Part shown: in pieces, positions 36,444-46,029 of the stretch | How the letters are laid out: every line of letters starts with the position of its first letter | How positions within the stretch are numbered: the first letter of the stretch is position 1 | From: a virus | Lineage: Duplodnaviria > Caudoviricetes | Length of the DNA: 64,000 bases | Virus record (IMG/VR): IMGVR_UViG_3300014664_000015 | Span: 1 to 64,000 of that record | Direction: 5' to 3' (one strand) | Position numbers and translations under genes: made by a program | Notes under the pieces: generated by a model | Told to the model about the DNA's origin: nothing | The model's input: the letters and a program-made list of their open reading frames with translations, nothing else | Databases searched by the model: none

Positions 36444-36496
36444 AATTCAACTCTCTCCAGCTGCAATGTCTATTATGCAGCTGGTCATCGTGAGTA

Positions 36497-36724
36497 GTGG
36501 TTATGACTGATGACATTTTAACTAACGATGCAATTCGTAAGCTGACCGGGTACAAACAACCCAAGAAACAATGCGCATGGCTTGCCTCAGCCGGGATCTG
36601 GTTTAAAGAAGATCGCAACGGTTATCCCAGAACCACCTGGAACCATGTGAACAATCCGATCGCATTGAGGATGGTACCTGACGTAAAAACTGAGTTAAAT
36701 ACTCCAAACTTTGATGCAATGTAA
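36497..36724 (+). CDS. Excisionase-like protein (DUF4224)
   Basis: LT..E/AI..LTGYK....QC.WL...GI.F immediately before int. Confidence 0.8.
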   Translation: MVMTDDILTNDAIRKLTGYKQPKKQCAWLASAGIWFKEDRNGYPRTTWNHVNNPIALRMVPDVKTELNTPNFDAM

Positions 36725-37737
36725 TGGCCGGTAAACGAAAAAATCCTTCTGATGCAATTCTCCCCCCGCGTGTCTACCGGGGGAAATCAAAATACGAATT
36801 CCACCCGGCAACGGGTGGATCCATAAACTTGTGTCCTCTAGATTCACCAGTATCTTTAATTTGGGCCAAGTATGAGGCAGCGCTGAAAGTTATCGAAGAG
36901 AAAAAGAATCTGTCTGGACTAATCGATGATTTTTTTGCCAGCGCCGATTATCACAAATTAGGCAATGAAACCCGTAAAGATTATAAAAAATACTCACGCA
37001 AACTGATCCCGGTGTTTGGGAAAATGGATCCAGATAGCGTTAAGCCCCAGCACATCAGGCAATACATGGATAAACGAGGCGTGGCCGCACCCGTGCAGGC
37101 GAACAGGGAAAAAGCGTTTCTAAGCAGGGTCTACGGATGGGCTTACGAAAGAGGCATGGTGAAAGGCAACCCATGTAAGGGAGTAAGGCAATTCAAAGAG
37201 GAAGAACGTGAAAGATACGTTACCGATGAAGAATACTATGCGCTTTATGAAGTATCGCCGACGGTCGTCAAAGTAGCCATGGAATTGGCTTATCTTTGCC
37301 TTGCACGTCAGGGGGATGTACTCGCTGTGCAAAAAAACCAACTATTACAAGAAGGGATTTTTATCCGCCAGGGTAAAACCGCAGCAAAGCAGATCAAAGC
37401 CTGGTCTGAACGTTTGTTAGCAGCTGTAGAGCTTGCAAAAACATTACCGCTTAAAAATGGAATTTCCAGCGTTTACTTGATACATCAGTTTAATGGTCGC
37501 CGCTACACACGTGACGGCTTTAATAGTCGCTGGCAACAAGCGAAAGAAGAAGCTCAAAAAAAACATCCTCACATGCTTTTTGATTTTACGTTCCACGATC
37601 TAAAGGCAAAGGGTGTATCGGATCTGGAAGGAAGCCTACAGGAGAAACAGCAAATTTCCGGACACAAAACTATCACGCAAACGGCACGTTACGATCGAAA
37701 AGTAAAAATTGTGCCAGTGGTAGGCGGGCAAAAATAA
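36724..37737 (+). CDS. int: Tyrosine integrase
   Basis: LARQGDV (R), FHDLKAK (HxxR-like), GH...QT..Y catalytic motifs; points toward the tRNA att. Confidence 0.95.
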   Translation: MAGKRKNPSDAILPPRVYRGKSKYEFHPATGGSINLCPLDSPVSLIWAKYEAALKVIEEKKNLSGLIDDFFASADYHKLGNETRKDYKKYSRKLIPVFGKMDPDSVKPQHIRQYMDKRGVAAPVQANREKAFLSRVYGWAYERGMVKGNPCKGVRQFKEEERERYVTDEEYYALYEVSPTVVKVAMELAYLCLARQGDVLAVQKNQLLQEGIFIRQGKTAAKQIKAWSERLLAAVELAKTLPLKNGISSVYLIHQFNGRRYTRDGFNSRWQQAKEEAQKKHPHMLFDFTFHDLKAKGVSDLEGSLQEKQQISGHKTITQTARYDRKVKIVPVVGGQK

Positions 37738-37781
37738 GAAATGATGTTAGGAAGGATGTTAGGAAAGTGGATTTCAGGCAC

Positions 37782-37805
37782 AAAAAAACCACCTTTCGGT
37801 GGTTT
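37782..37805 (-). terminator. Terminator after the tRNA-Leu fragment
   Basis: AAACCACCGAAAGGTGGTTTTTTT on the minus strand. Confidence 0.8.
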
Positions 37806-37846
37806 CACGACACTGCTTATTGCTTTGATTATTCTGCATTTTCCCA

Positions 37847-37903
37847 TGGTAGCCGGAGTGGGACTTGAACCCACACAGCGCGAACGCCGAGGGATTTTAA
37901 ATC
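37847..37903 (-). pseudogene. leuZ: 3' half of tRNA-Leu(UAA), leuZ-like; att junction between the two prophages
   Basis: GATTTAAAATCCCTCGGCGTTCGCGCTGTGTGGGTTCAAGTCCCACTCCGGCTACCA; no D arm or 5' acceptor strand upstream. Confidence 0.9.
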
Positions 37904-38149
37904 ACGCGTGTTATCTAGTGTAATCAGATAGATACGTTTTATTTTCACCATTAATTCATAATTTTATGATCAAATGAATCAACTGCTTACGGGTAACAAA
38001 AAATCATAATGGCGAAACTTTTTTGGTCCGATCACTGACAAAGAAGTGTTGTGGAGCGGAGGTCAAAATTCTCTCGTGCCTATCAAAACCACACAAAAAA
38101 ACCAGCCGCTTATGGCTGGTTATTCGTCAGTGAAGCATGGGGAAATCAT

Positions 38150-38470
38150 TTATATTGCAGGGCAATCATCATCTAATGCACGATTGATGAAGAACGTCAC
38201 CCTACCCAGCACTTCCACTTCTTCAAGCGCTGATCCCTCAATCGCTTCACCATCATCCGTAATGAGCGCCTTGCCCATGAGTTTTGCAAATTGTGTGTGG
38301 CCGTCGCACAAAATTAACAACACATCTCCAGGCGTCTTTTTCGTTGCTGGCTCTATGACCGCAAACCCCATATCAGTTTCGAGCACCCTGCTTTCAGCCC
38401 CGATGTTGCACAGGATTGCTGGGGAAAGTTGACGCTCAACATAATCAGCTGCTGGTGATGCGAATCCCAT
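38150..38470 (-). CDS. Second UmuD'-like (HumD-like) protein
   Basis: MGFASPAADYVE start; paralog of 27508-27831. Confidence 0.72.
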   Translation of the reverse strand: MGFASPAADYVERQLSPAILCNIGAESRVLETDMGFAVIEPATKKTPGDVLLILCDGHTQFAKLMGKALITDDGEAIEGSALEEVEVLGRVTFFINRALDDDCPAI

Positions 38471-38709
38471 CAGTGCACCCTCCCCATGTTACGCAGGATC
38501 CAGTAACGGTTTTCGCTACCGTCTGTCGTTTTATCAGCGAAACCAGGTTGGTTGCGCTCTATCCACTTGTTTGCATCGTCACGGGTAAAGTGCCAGTTAA
38601 AACCACGCAACTTTTGTATGAAGCGGTCTGTTCTCAGGTAGCGGTAGCCCTTTGGGTTAAGCTCTATGGCCGCAATAAAGGCGGCCTGAATATCTGAATT
38701 TCGGGGCAT
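38470..38709 (-). CDS. 79-aa SOS-regulated hypothetical protein (start MPRNSD)
   Basis: GGAG RBS; LexA box 20 bp upstream; coupled to the next gene. Confidence 0.75.
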   Translation of the reverse strand: MPRNSDIQAAFIAAIELNPKGYRYLRTDRFIQKLRGFNWHFTRDDANKWIERNQPGFADKTTDGSENRYWILRNMGRVH

Positions 38710-38729
38710 AATCTGCACTCCCTTTATTA

Positions 38730-38745
38730 CTGTGTTTATATACAG
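38730..38745. promoter_or_regulatory. LexA (SOS) box
   Basis: CTGTGTTTATATACAG. Confidence 0.88.
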
Positions 38746-38791
38746 TAGTTTCAAATGGAATGCAGATCAATTTGGGTTCGCCTATTAATTT

Positions 38792-40066
38792 TTAAGGCTG
38801 AATGTCCTCAGGCTGCTCTGTCAGTTCAAGAGAAGCTTCGGAAGCTCTTGTTTTCCAGATGCTATCCTCTGGCATATCGAGGCGAACGTCGATCCAGCTG
38901 TTGGCCGGAACATCCATAGGAGCCCCTTTTGTTTTGACGATCTCCCCTTCATCGCTCAGCATATATTTCCGCTTAAAAAGCCGAATCGTCAAACCACCGC
39001 TTTCTGTCTGCTCCGCTTCAACAACACCCAGTTCTCCCATGCCGCCAGGGTCCATTGGCGGCAGTAATTGCCATCCCTCTGACGCCAGGCCTGCCGAACC
39101 AGTGAGTTCGTAAACCCCCGTGTCAAGGCGAGAAATGGATACTCCCTCTGCCTCGGCGTTAGCCGTGCCGCAGCCGCACCATGTGAATCCATCATTTTCA
39201 ATATCCGTACGCCGGTTCTCTCCCTGAGACTTAACGATTCTGGCAATGGGAGAAGCCTGCTTAATGGTTCCGTCAGAAGTTACTGTCGTATTTGAGGTTG
39301 TCCAGAATGTGAAATAACCGTCCTTAAAAGTGGGCAGATAGGTCACGCAAGTATTATTTCCGCCTTCCCATTGCCGTGCAGCAATGAAGGTTTTGTTACC
39401 CTCACTACCGAATGTAACTACCCGGCCGTAAGTGCCGTTTGGCTGGGCAGTCGACCATAAAGTAATTTGTGGATATGCTGCGGTAATTTTCAAAGGGCCA
39501 GTGAAGTTTTTCTCTCCTGAAATGGACTGGTTTCCTTCGATATTTACTGTTTTGTCTAAACCGAGGTTTGTGCGAGCGTCAGCGGCATTCTTTGCCCCGG
39601 TCCCTCCCTGCTCAATGCTGAGAGCTGTTTTCAGCCCAGAAAGGCTGGTAATGTCGCTGTTAGCCCCTTTCTTCGCCAGCGATTTTTGACCCGGTACGGT
39701 AACGGCAGTGCCATTGATAGTGATGGTGACATCAGATGTCCCGTTCATTACATCAGCGAACCCGCTCATGTAGCGCTGGTACATCGTGAAGGTTTCAGCA
39801 ATATCCTGCGCCAGACCATCCACGCTCAGACTGTCACTCAGAAGAATGGCAAACCGGGTTCCAGCGGGAACTGTTGGGTTAGCTGCTGGCGTAACGGTAA
39901 GAGAGGTTGCGCTTCCAATCGCGGTAATCTGAAAAACCTGCGGCGGACTGGTCAGGGCGATAACAGTGCAGCCGTTACGAATAAGAGAACCAGCAGCAGT
40001 GAAGTTTGTGCCGGTACCTGTAAGGGTGTTTCCGCTGATGGCGATAGTGCCAGTAGTATAAATCAT
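38792..40066 (-). CDS. Side tail fibre protein
   Basis: YTTGTI..SG..LTG.GT.F, GANSDITSL.GL.T.LS..QGGTG, DG.IK.ASPI motifs. Confidence 0.85.
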   Translation of the reverse strand: MIYTTGTIAISGNTLTGTGTNFTAAGSLIRNGCTVIALTSPPQVFQITAIGSATSLTVTPAANPTVPAGTRFAILLSDSLSVDGLAQDIAETFTMYQRYMSGFADVMNGTSDVTITINGTAVTVPGQKSLAKKGANSDITSLSGLKTALSIEQGGTGAKNAADARTNLGLDKTVNIEGNQSISGEKNFTGPLKITAAYPQITLWSTAQPNGTYGRVVTFGSEGNKTFIAARQWEGGNNTCVTYLPTFKDGYFTFWTTSNTTVTSDGTIKQASPIARIVKSQGENRRTDIENDGFTWCGCGTANAEAEGVSISRLDTGVYELTGSAGLASEGWQLLPPMDPGGMGELGVVEAEQTESGGLTIRLFKRKYMLSDEGEIVKTKGAPMDVPANSWIDVRLDMPEDSIWKTRASEASLELTEQPEDIQP

Positions 40067-40124
40067 GTTTTCTCCAGGCAATAAAAAACCCCGCCGGAGC
40101 GGGGTTTGTTCAAAACTGAATGGG

Positions 40125-40358
40125 TTAGTGGCAGGTGGTGCTGGTGAACGTGTTGGCGCTCACCCATGACCAGTTAAAGGGATAACCGGCGCGGTACTGC
40201 GTCTGATTGTTTTGTTTACGGACTCCGTAGATCTGGACGCTGCTTTCCTGTCCGCCGACCAGGGCTGTTCCGGTGCATAAGGGTTGCTGCTTCTCAATAA
40301 CGCCAGCGCAACCGGAGAGCAATACCGCTACCGCCAGGCAAAGAATCATATTTTTCAT
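40125..40358 (-). CDS. cor: Cor superinfection-exclusion lipoprotein
   Basis: LLSGC lipobox; P.C.G.A..GG....VQIY.VR....QT.YRAGYPFNW.WV. Confidence 0.88.
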   Translation of the reverse strand: MKNMILCLAVAVLLSGCAGVIEKQQPLCTGTALVGGQESSVQIYGVRKQNNQTQYRAGYPFNWSWVSANTFTSTTCH

Positions 40359-40429
40359 AGTGGTTATATCCCAGGGCATTCATGAAGCTACACAATAACA
40401 ATATGAATCAACGGGATATAATTGATTTG

Positions 40430-40467
40430 ATAGATCAATTATTCAAAATTGATCGCTAAAAACGATC
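40430..40467. promoter_or_regulatory. OxyR-consensus-like 37-bp site with three GATC sites upstream of cor
   Basis: Minus strand ATCGTTTTTAGCGAT-N7-GAATAATTGATCTAT, 14/20 consensus positions; GATC at 40433, 40451, 40464. Confidence 0.55.
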
Positions 40468-41137
40468 AATCATAGTTGGCGCAGTTAATGGCCATAATCA
40501 CGTTCCTCAGATTCGAATACGCAACGTTCTGAAGGTTGCCGCCGGGGGTTGTCTGCGGCCTGGCGAATATCCGCGTATTGCTTCCCTCAAGCTTTGCCAT
40601 GCTCTTGTATATGGCCGAGTAGGGTTGCGGCTGACCGCCGGCGGATACAACCCCGGTAATTAGCCCCAGCATGGCAGGCATACAGGCCCACTTCCCCGCC
40701 AGAGTTGTATTGATGTTGTATCCTGAGCTGGCATCCACCCCGGCGGTACCGAGGGTGACAACATCGCTCAGCGTGCGCGTTTCGTTTGTTAAAATCAGCG
40801 TCCCTGAAGCATCCCACACGGCCAGCCCGTAGTCTGGCTTTGTCTGCGGGAAAATAGAGAAAAAATAAACGTACGCTGTGCCGGTTGCATTCGGTCTGAG
40901 AAAATCAATCGTGATGGTGTTCCCGCTTATCGTTTGAGTGATTTCGACCTCTACCGTGCAATGAACGAAGGCGACAACAGGCTGACCTGCGGGGAATGTG
41001 TGCGTCACTTTGGTATTAAAACCCGATGTTCCCTGAAGTGCCGCTGTCTTTCGCGCCTGTAGAGCGATTGGCGAGCTGTTCGCGGTCACCCATACTTCCC
41101 CGCTGGTCGTCGTCAGTAAAACGCCATACTCCGCCAT
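40466..41137 (-). CDS. Tail-tip-associated protein
   Basis: Duplicated YG(L/V)..WD..G motifs; follows J. Confidence 0.7.
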   Translation of the reverse strand: MAEYGVLLTTTSGEVWVTANSSPIALQARKTAALQGTSGFNTKVTHTFPAGQPVVAFVHCTVEVEITQTISGNTITIDFLRPNATGTAYVYFFSIFPQTKPDYGLAVWDASGTLILTNETRTLSDVVTLGTAGVDASSGYNINTTLAGKWACMPAMLGLITGVVSAGGQPQPYSAIYKSMAKLEGSNTRIFARPQTTPGGNLQNVAYSNLRNVIMAINCANYD

Positions 41138-41452
41138 TTATGCCCTCTCGATCTGGAAAATGAGATAAGCCGCTGCCGCAGGCTCAGTCCCTGCTGAGTA
41201 GTCGGTATCGCCTACTGCTGACACTGTTGCTGTTCCCCCCGAAATGGTGATCTTCCTCCGACTCGTACCAAACTGATCGCCGTTCATGCTCTGAAAATAG
41301 GTCAGCCTGCAACCCGGTGGAAGCGCTACGGTGTAAGAGCCTGTTTTCTGGTTCTGGGCCAGCTGGAGATAGCCGCAAACGCTGACAGGCTTAACGCCAT
41401 AGTTATTTACCTTGCCTGAGGCGTCCCATGTCTGAACTCCATATTCCGCCAT
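41138..41452 (-). CDS. Tail-tip-associated small protein
   Basis: MAEYGVQTWDASG; directly after J. Confidence 0.7.
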   Translation of the reverse strand: MAEYGVQTWDASGKVNNYGVKPVSVCGYLQLAQNQKTGSYTVALPPGCRLTYFQSMNGDQFGTSRRKITISGGTATVSAVGDTDYSAGTEPAAAAYLIFQIERA

Positions 41453-41494
41453 CCAGTCCTCCTGAAAAAAAGAGGCCCCGTAAGAGGCCTCCCG

Positions 41495-44400
41495 TTACCA
41501 TGTTCCCGTGATTCTCCCGATCTGCACCCTCAACACATTCCTGGAGTCCCGGACACTAATTGTCTGATTGGTTTGTTTCATTGCTCCCTCTCCAGCTGTG
41601 GAGCCGTAGTTTTCAAACGTCCCTGACTTATCCAGTTTCCACCCGACGGAACCAGCCACATAGTTATTTGACTGGAGGTAGTTACCGATCTTCGCGTTGC
41701 TAATGGTGCCGTCCTGGATGAACGTATCCCGGATGAAGGTCTGTCCGTTCTGGATAACGAACGGCAACGATACAGCCCCACCAGCCTGCGTCATCACCGC
41801 GAAGCGGTCAGCCAGGAACAGCACCTGCGACTGCATGCCCGATGGAGTGTTTTCTACACCGATCCCCATTCCGGCGGCATACTGCTTTCCATTCGCGTCC
41901 ACGGCAACCTTGATGCTGTACATCGCCTTCAGGTCACCACTAACGTTTGCTATCGCCTGAGCGTTAGTGCTGATCGCTGAAGTGTGCCCGTTGATGGTCG
42001 CCGTGATGCCGTTTATCTGCGTGGCCGTGGCCTGCTGATAATTGGAAAACGTCTGGTTCAGGCTGTTAATTGCTGCCTTGTTGCCGTTCACGTCAGTCTG
42101 CACACTCAGCAGCGAACGCGCTGTTGCCTCCCTGTCGCTTGCCATGGCGCTGTCAATGCGATCGATGCCGGCCTTGCTGTCACCGTACTGCGCGCTGAGT
42201 GTCATCCGCTGATTAACCTGCGCCAGCGTACTCGTTATTAGCGCGATAGCGTTATTCTGGATGCCGCCGCTGGCAGTATCGGTTCTTGCTCCCAGCTCCT
42301 CCAGGCGGGATGCCATTGATGAAGTCGTGTCGGTGACAACCTGTCGCAACGTGGTAATATCAGCAGTGTTTTGTGAGCTGGCTTGTTCAGCTGCATCTGC
42401 CTTACCTGATGCAGCGTCAGCTTTACTCGAAGCCGAATCAGCTTTATCAGAAATGACCTGAGTACTCGCAGTAAGCTGGTCGACAGCTGTCGCCCTTGCC
42501 TGAGCTTCATCTGACAGAGCCTGCCTTACCTCGGTAATTCCCGCCTCGTTCTGCTCAGTTTTTGCCTCAAGACGAGTAACATCCGTGACGCGAGCCTCCG
42601 TCTCAGTGGCGATCACCTCCCGGAGCTGTTCGAAGGTCGCAGAGTTAGCGCCCTGCTGGGCTGTCTGCCGCACGACAACATCAGCAATAGCAAGCGCGTT
42701 GCCGATGATTGCTTCTGCTGTCTGCTTATTCGATCCAACCGCCGCTGCAAGACCATTTGCATTCTCTTTGATTGCATCAGCCAGTTCTGCGAACTTTTCA
42801 CTGCTCTCCACCGCGCTCTCGATCAGGTCTTTGAACGTATCAGTCTCTTTAATCTCCTCCAGGATTGCATCGGTGATATCGGATACATCAATGCTGGCCT
42901 GCCCGCGCACAAAGTCTGTGTACCCTGATTCGTTTCCGCTGCGGTCCACCAGCTGCGCGCGGTACCAGAAAATTTGCCCTGCCTTAAGGCCCATCTGCTG
43001 ATACTTGCGCTGCGGATAGGGTACGTCTGCCAGCAGCATCGCATCGTCTTCCGTCCCGGTCAGGCTGTACTGAATTTCCGTCTTCAGCGTGTCGTCGGTG
43101 TTCGCCGGGAATCCCCAGTTCAGCTCGATACCGAAAACCACATTATCAGAAGCGATGAAGCCGACCGGTTTCGGCGGATTGCCCACTTTCCCCGTCAGCG
43201 TTTTCTCTTCTGAATAGCCCCATCCGGACGAGATTTCTGCGGCATTGATTGCGCGTACGCGCACCAGGTAGCGCCCGGCATAAATCCCGGGGACGTCGAA
43301 TGACGTGGTGGAGCTGCGCGGCACGTTAACCCAGTTCCCATCATTGCGGCGCCATTGCGCTTCATAGGCGATAGCGTTCTGCGCCTGTTCCCAGCTCACG
43401 CGCATCGTTTCGACGCTGATATTTTGCTGCACCACAGAAAACGAGCTGATCACGATGTTCGCAGGCGGCGACTGGTTGCCCGGCGGGATCACGCTCACCG
43501 GCCGCTGGTCAATGATGGCTCCGGTATCGATTCGGGCATATTTATCCGGATCGTGCCATGCACCGGTAATGGTGAAAGTGCCATCATCGTTATCAGCGAC
43601 ACTCACAACACGATACTGCTGCGCATAGAGTTCGTTTGACTCAACCACCCAGACAGCTTCGGCCTGAGGCGTCTCACTGTACGCGGTGGTGACTGTGACC
43701 GATTCCCCGTTAACCGCCTGAATGGTCCTGCTCTGTGACGCTCCGGAGGGAAGGTTGAGGATAAGGCGATCACCTGCTGCCGCATCAGCTACACGGTCAA
43801 GTTTGATAACGCGACCATTAACGGCGCTGATGCGGCCGCCCATAACCTTTCCGGAAAGCAGCTCGTCTGCCACAGCGATGATATAGCCAGGCTGCGGTAT
43901 GTTTCCGTCTAGCCCGACATCGAACGAAACAACGCGATCTTTGTTGTTGGTGAGAATACCCCAGCGCCCCTTTCGGTTCGCTTCTGACTGTCTGGTACAG
44001 CCGATGGCTGTCATTTCCAGCTGATTGAAGCCGTACCGCGCCACCAGCGCCTGCTCGAATACGGGTTCCATCGCGTCAGCGTAGGCGTTACCGGGATCGG
44101 ACCATGAAACTAGCGCTGTAGTGTAGCGGGTTTTCGTGGTGCTGCTTGAATAGGTGAAGCGACCGCCAACAACGTTAGCGCGCGTATAGCTGTAATCCAC
44201 ATCACGGGGCATATCGGCCAGAGCAACGATCTGATCGCCACCCCAGTACGTCATGCCACGGAATATGGCCGCAAAATCACGCAGGACTGTATAAGCGTCG
44301 TTTCGGTCCTGGATGTACACGTTGCAGGTATAGCGTGGTTCTGTTCCATCGCCACCCTTACCGTCCGGCACCATCTGATCGCAATACTGGGCGACCTGAT

Positions 44401-45328
44401 AAAGCGTCCATTTATCGATGTTAGCAGCAGTCAAACGGTGACCGAGGCCGAACCGGTCAGAAACAACCAGATCGTAAAATATCCACGCAGGGTTATCCGT
44501 CCATGCCCACTTAAACGCCCCGGTCCATGTCCCGCTGTAAGAGCGGGTTTCCGGGTCGTAAGTATCAGGAACCCGAATAACGCGGCCACGAGGCTCACAG
44601 GAGATCTGAGGTATAGAACCATTAAACTGGCTGGAGTCGAATTCAATGTACAGCAGCGCGGTATTCGGATATCGCAATTTCGCATCAATCACCTCAGTGA
44701 AGCTCTGTAGCGTCATCGTGTCGCCGATTTTCGCGCTGTTAGCGTCAGCGGTAATTTTGCGCAGTCTGATTGTCCAGGTACTGCCAGCCTGAGGTAAATC
44801 AATACGGTGGCTACGCTCATAACCTGAGGTCGTTTTCCCGGTCACGCTGGTATTGAGGACTGTCTGCCATGTCCCGCCGTCAGTCTGCAAGTCAATCGCG
44901 TAATTAACCGAGTATCCGACCAGATCGCCATCGTCCTCCTGTTTGAAAAGGGAGGGCCATTGCAGACGCAAACGTACCGCCGAAAGCTGGGTATTTGTAA
45001 AGGTTCGTGTCCATGCTGTAGCGCTCGTTACTTCAGTACCCACCCTAATTTCGTTTTCGGTGCCGGGTATACCCTGAATGTACTTCTGGGCCTGAGTACC
45101 CGAGCGAAATTCCCACGTAACGCCACTGAAGTTTTGGGAGCCGTCGGCGTTCTCCAGCGCCGTTCCGTCCAGGTAGATATCCTTCCCGGTGAGCTGTCCA
45201 GCAAACTCCCCTTCACCAAGCGCAACGAGGATCTTTGCCTTCGCTACAGATTGCAGATCATCAGGCTGTTCGGTAGGAGTTCGGGAGCTGGAGCTCCCCC
45301 CTTTTCGTCCGGTAATTGTTTTAGCCAT
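41495..45328 (-). CDS. Tail tip / central fibre protein J
   Basis: 1277 aa; EGE..G, TDNPAWI.YD, EPR..CN, FN3 domains, ADRFAV, GTI.NAKIG. Confidence 0.96.
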   Translation of the reverse strand: MAKTITGRKGGSSSSRTPTEQPDDLQSVAKAKILVALGEGEFAGQLTGKDIYLDGTALENADGSQNFSGVTWEFRSGTQAQKYIQGIPGTENEIRVGTEVTSATAWTRTFTNTQLSAVRLRLQWPSLFKQEDDGDLVGYSVNYAIDLQTDGGTWQTVLNTSVTGKTTSGYERSHRIDLPQAGSTWTIRLRKITADANSAKIGDTMTLQSFTEVIDAKLRYPNTALLYIEFDSSQFNGSIPQISCEPRGRVIRVPDTYDPETRSYSGTWTGAFKWAWTDNPAWIFYDLVVSDRFGLGHRLTAANIDKWTLYQVAQYCDQMVPDGKGGDGTEPRYTCNVYIQDRNDAYTVLRDFAAIFRGMTYWGGDQIVALADMPRDVDYSYTRANVVGGRFTYSSSTTKTRYTTALVSWSDPGNAYADAMEPVFEQALVARYGFNQLEMTAIGCTRQSEANRKGRWGILTNNKDRVVSFDVGLDGNIPQPGYIIAVADELLSGKVMGGRISAVNGRVIKLDRVADAAAGDRLILNLPSGASQSRTIQAVNGESVTVTTAYSETPQAEAVWVVESNELYAQQYRVVSVADNDDGTFTITGAWHDPDKYARIDTGAIIDQRPVSVIPPGNQSPPANIVISSFSVVQQNISVETMRVSWEQAQNAIAYEAQWRRNDGNWVNVPRSSTTSFDVPGIYAGRYLVRVRAINAAEISSGWGYSEEKTLTGKVGNPPKPVGFIASDNVVFGIELNWGFPANTDDTLKTEIQYSLTGTEDDAMLLADVPYPQRKYQQMGLKAGQIFWYRAQLVDRSGNESGYTDFVRGQASIDVSDITDAILEEIKETDTFKDLIESAVESSEKFAELADAIKENANGLAAAVGSNKQTAEAIIGNALAIADVVVRQTAQQGANSATFEQLREVIATETEARVTDVTRLEAKTEQNEAGITEVRQALSDEAQARATAVDQLTASTQVISDKADSASSKADAASGKADAAEQASSQNTADITTLRQVVTDTTSSMASRLEELGARTDTASGGIQNNAIALITSTLAQVNQRMTLSAQYGDSKAGIDRIDSAMASDREATARSLLSVQTDVNGNKAAINSLNQTFSNYQQATATQINGITATINGHTSAISTNAQAIANVSGDLKAMYSIKVAVDANGKQYAAGMGIGVENTPSGMQSQVLFLADRFAVMTQAGGAVSLPFVIQNGQTFIRDTFIQDGTISNAKIGNYLQSNNYVAGSVGWKLDKSGTFENYGSTAGEGAMKQTNQTISVRDSRNVLRVQIGRITGTW

Positions 45329-45380
45329 ATCGCGCCCATAAAAAAACCACCCGAAGGTGGCTTGTAAAAAGGTTTGTTAT

Positions 45381-45986
45381 CTACTGCTGATCTTCGACAT
45401 AAATCCCGGCGGAAATAATCGCCCCGCCGATTCGCCGGCGGCCGTAAAGGAGCGGAACCGGGTAACCCTGTGCGGCGGTATTTGTCACCCCGCCAAACGC
45501 ATACGATGCACGGTTATCTGCGCTTTGTTTACTGGCTATGCCTGATGGCTGCGGTGAAAGCAGCTGAATAACCCCACCGAGGACCAACGAGGCACCAGTG
45601 GCAGCAGCAAACCCCGTCAAGCCACCAGCAGCGAAAGCAGCGCCAACACCACCAGAAACAAAGACAGCCGCGGCTATTAAAACTGCTCCTAATATGGTCT
45701 GAAAAAGACCAGCTCGCTTACTACCGATAACAACTGGCATGATCCTTACTACGTCGCCTTCACACGGAAAACCCATCTCATCGGCGGCAATATTCCTTTT
45801 TCCTTTAAATACTGCGAAAGTTAATCCACGACGCTTACTGCTGATCATGAAGCTTTCGAAACCGGGTAATGTTTTACTTAAAGCAATAGCTGCTTCACCA
45901 GTACGGGATATAAGTCGCTTATGTGTTTTACCGAAGGTCTTTCCTAATACTCCGCCGAGCTGAATTGTTGTCATTACTTCTTTCAT
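45381..45986 (-). CDS. Tail assembly protein I
   Basis: L.G.LG..FG, PV..G.K, QGYPVP.LYG...GG..IS. Confidence 0.93.
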   Translation of the reverse strand: MKEVMTTIQLGGVLGKTFGKTHKRLISRTGEAAIALSKTLPGFESFMISSKRRGLTFAVFKGKRNIAADEMGFPCEGDVVRIMPVVIGSKRAGLFQTILGAVLIAAAVFVSGGVGAAFAAGGLTGFAAATGASLVLGGVIQLLSPQPSGIASKQSADNRASYAFGGVTNTAAQGYPVPLLYGRRRIGGAIISAGIYVEDQQ

Positions 45987-46029
45987 ATTCTCACCATAAA
46001 AAAACCCGCCGAAGCGGGTTAAGTATTGG

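Larger units (their letters stand above)
1..37903. mobile_element. Prophage A: temperate phage with lambda-like head and P2-like contractile tail; left end outside window
   Basis: Contiguous tail-head-lysis-Q-replication-immunity-int order ending at a tRNA-Leu 3' fragment. Confidence 0.95.

Noticed and set aside
37847-37903. Functional tRNA-Leu
   Set aside because: The 5' half (acceptor strand, D arm, 5' anticodon stem) is missing
40422-40438. FNR box upstream of cor
   Set aside because: TTGAT and ATCAA are spaced by 2 or 7 nt, not 4
40466-41452. Shared MAEYGV starts and YG..WD..G repeats as a novel duplication
   Set aside because: Fits the tail-tip accessory proteins commonly found after J
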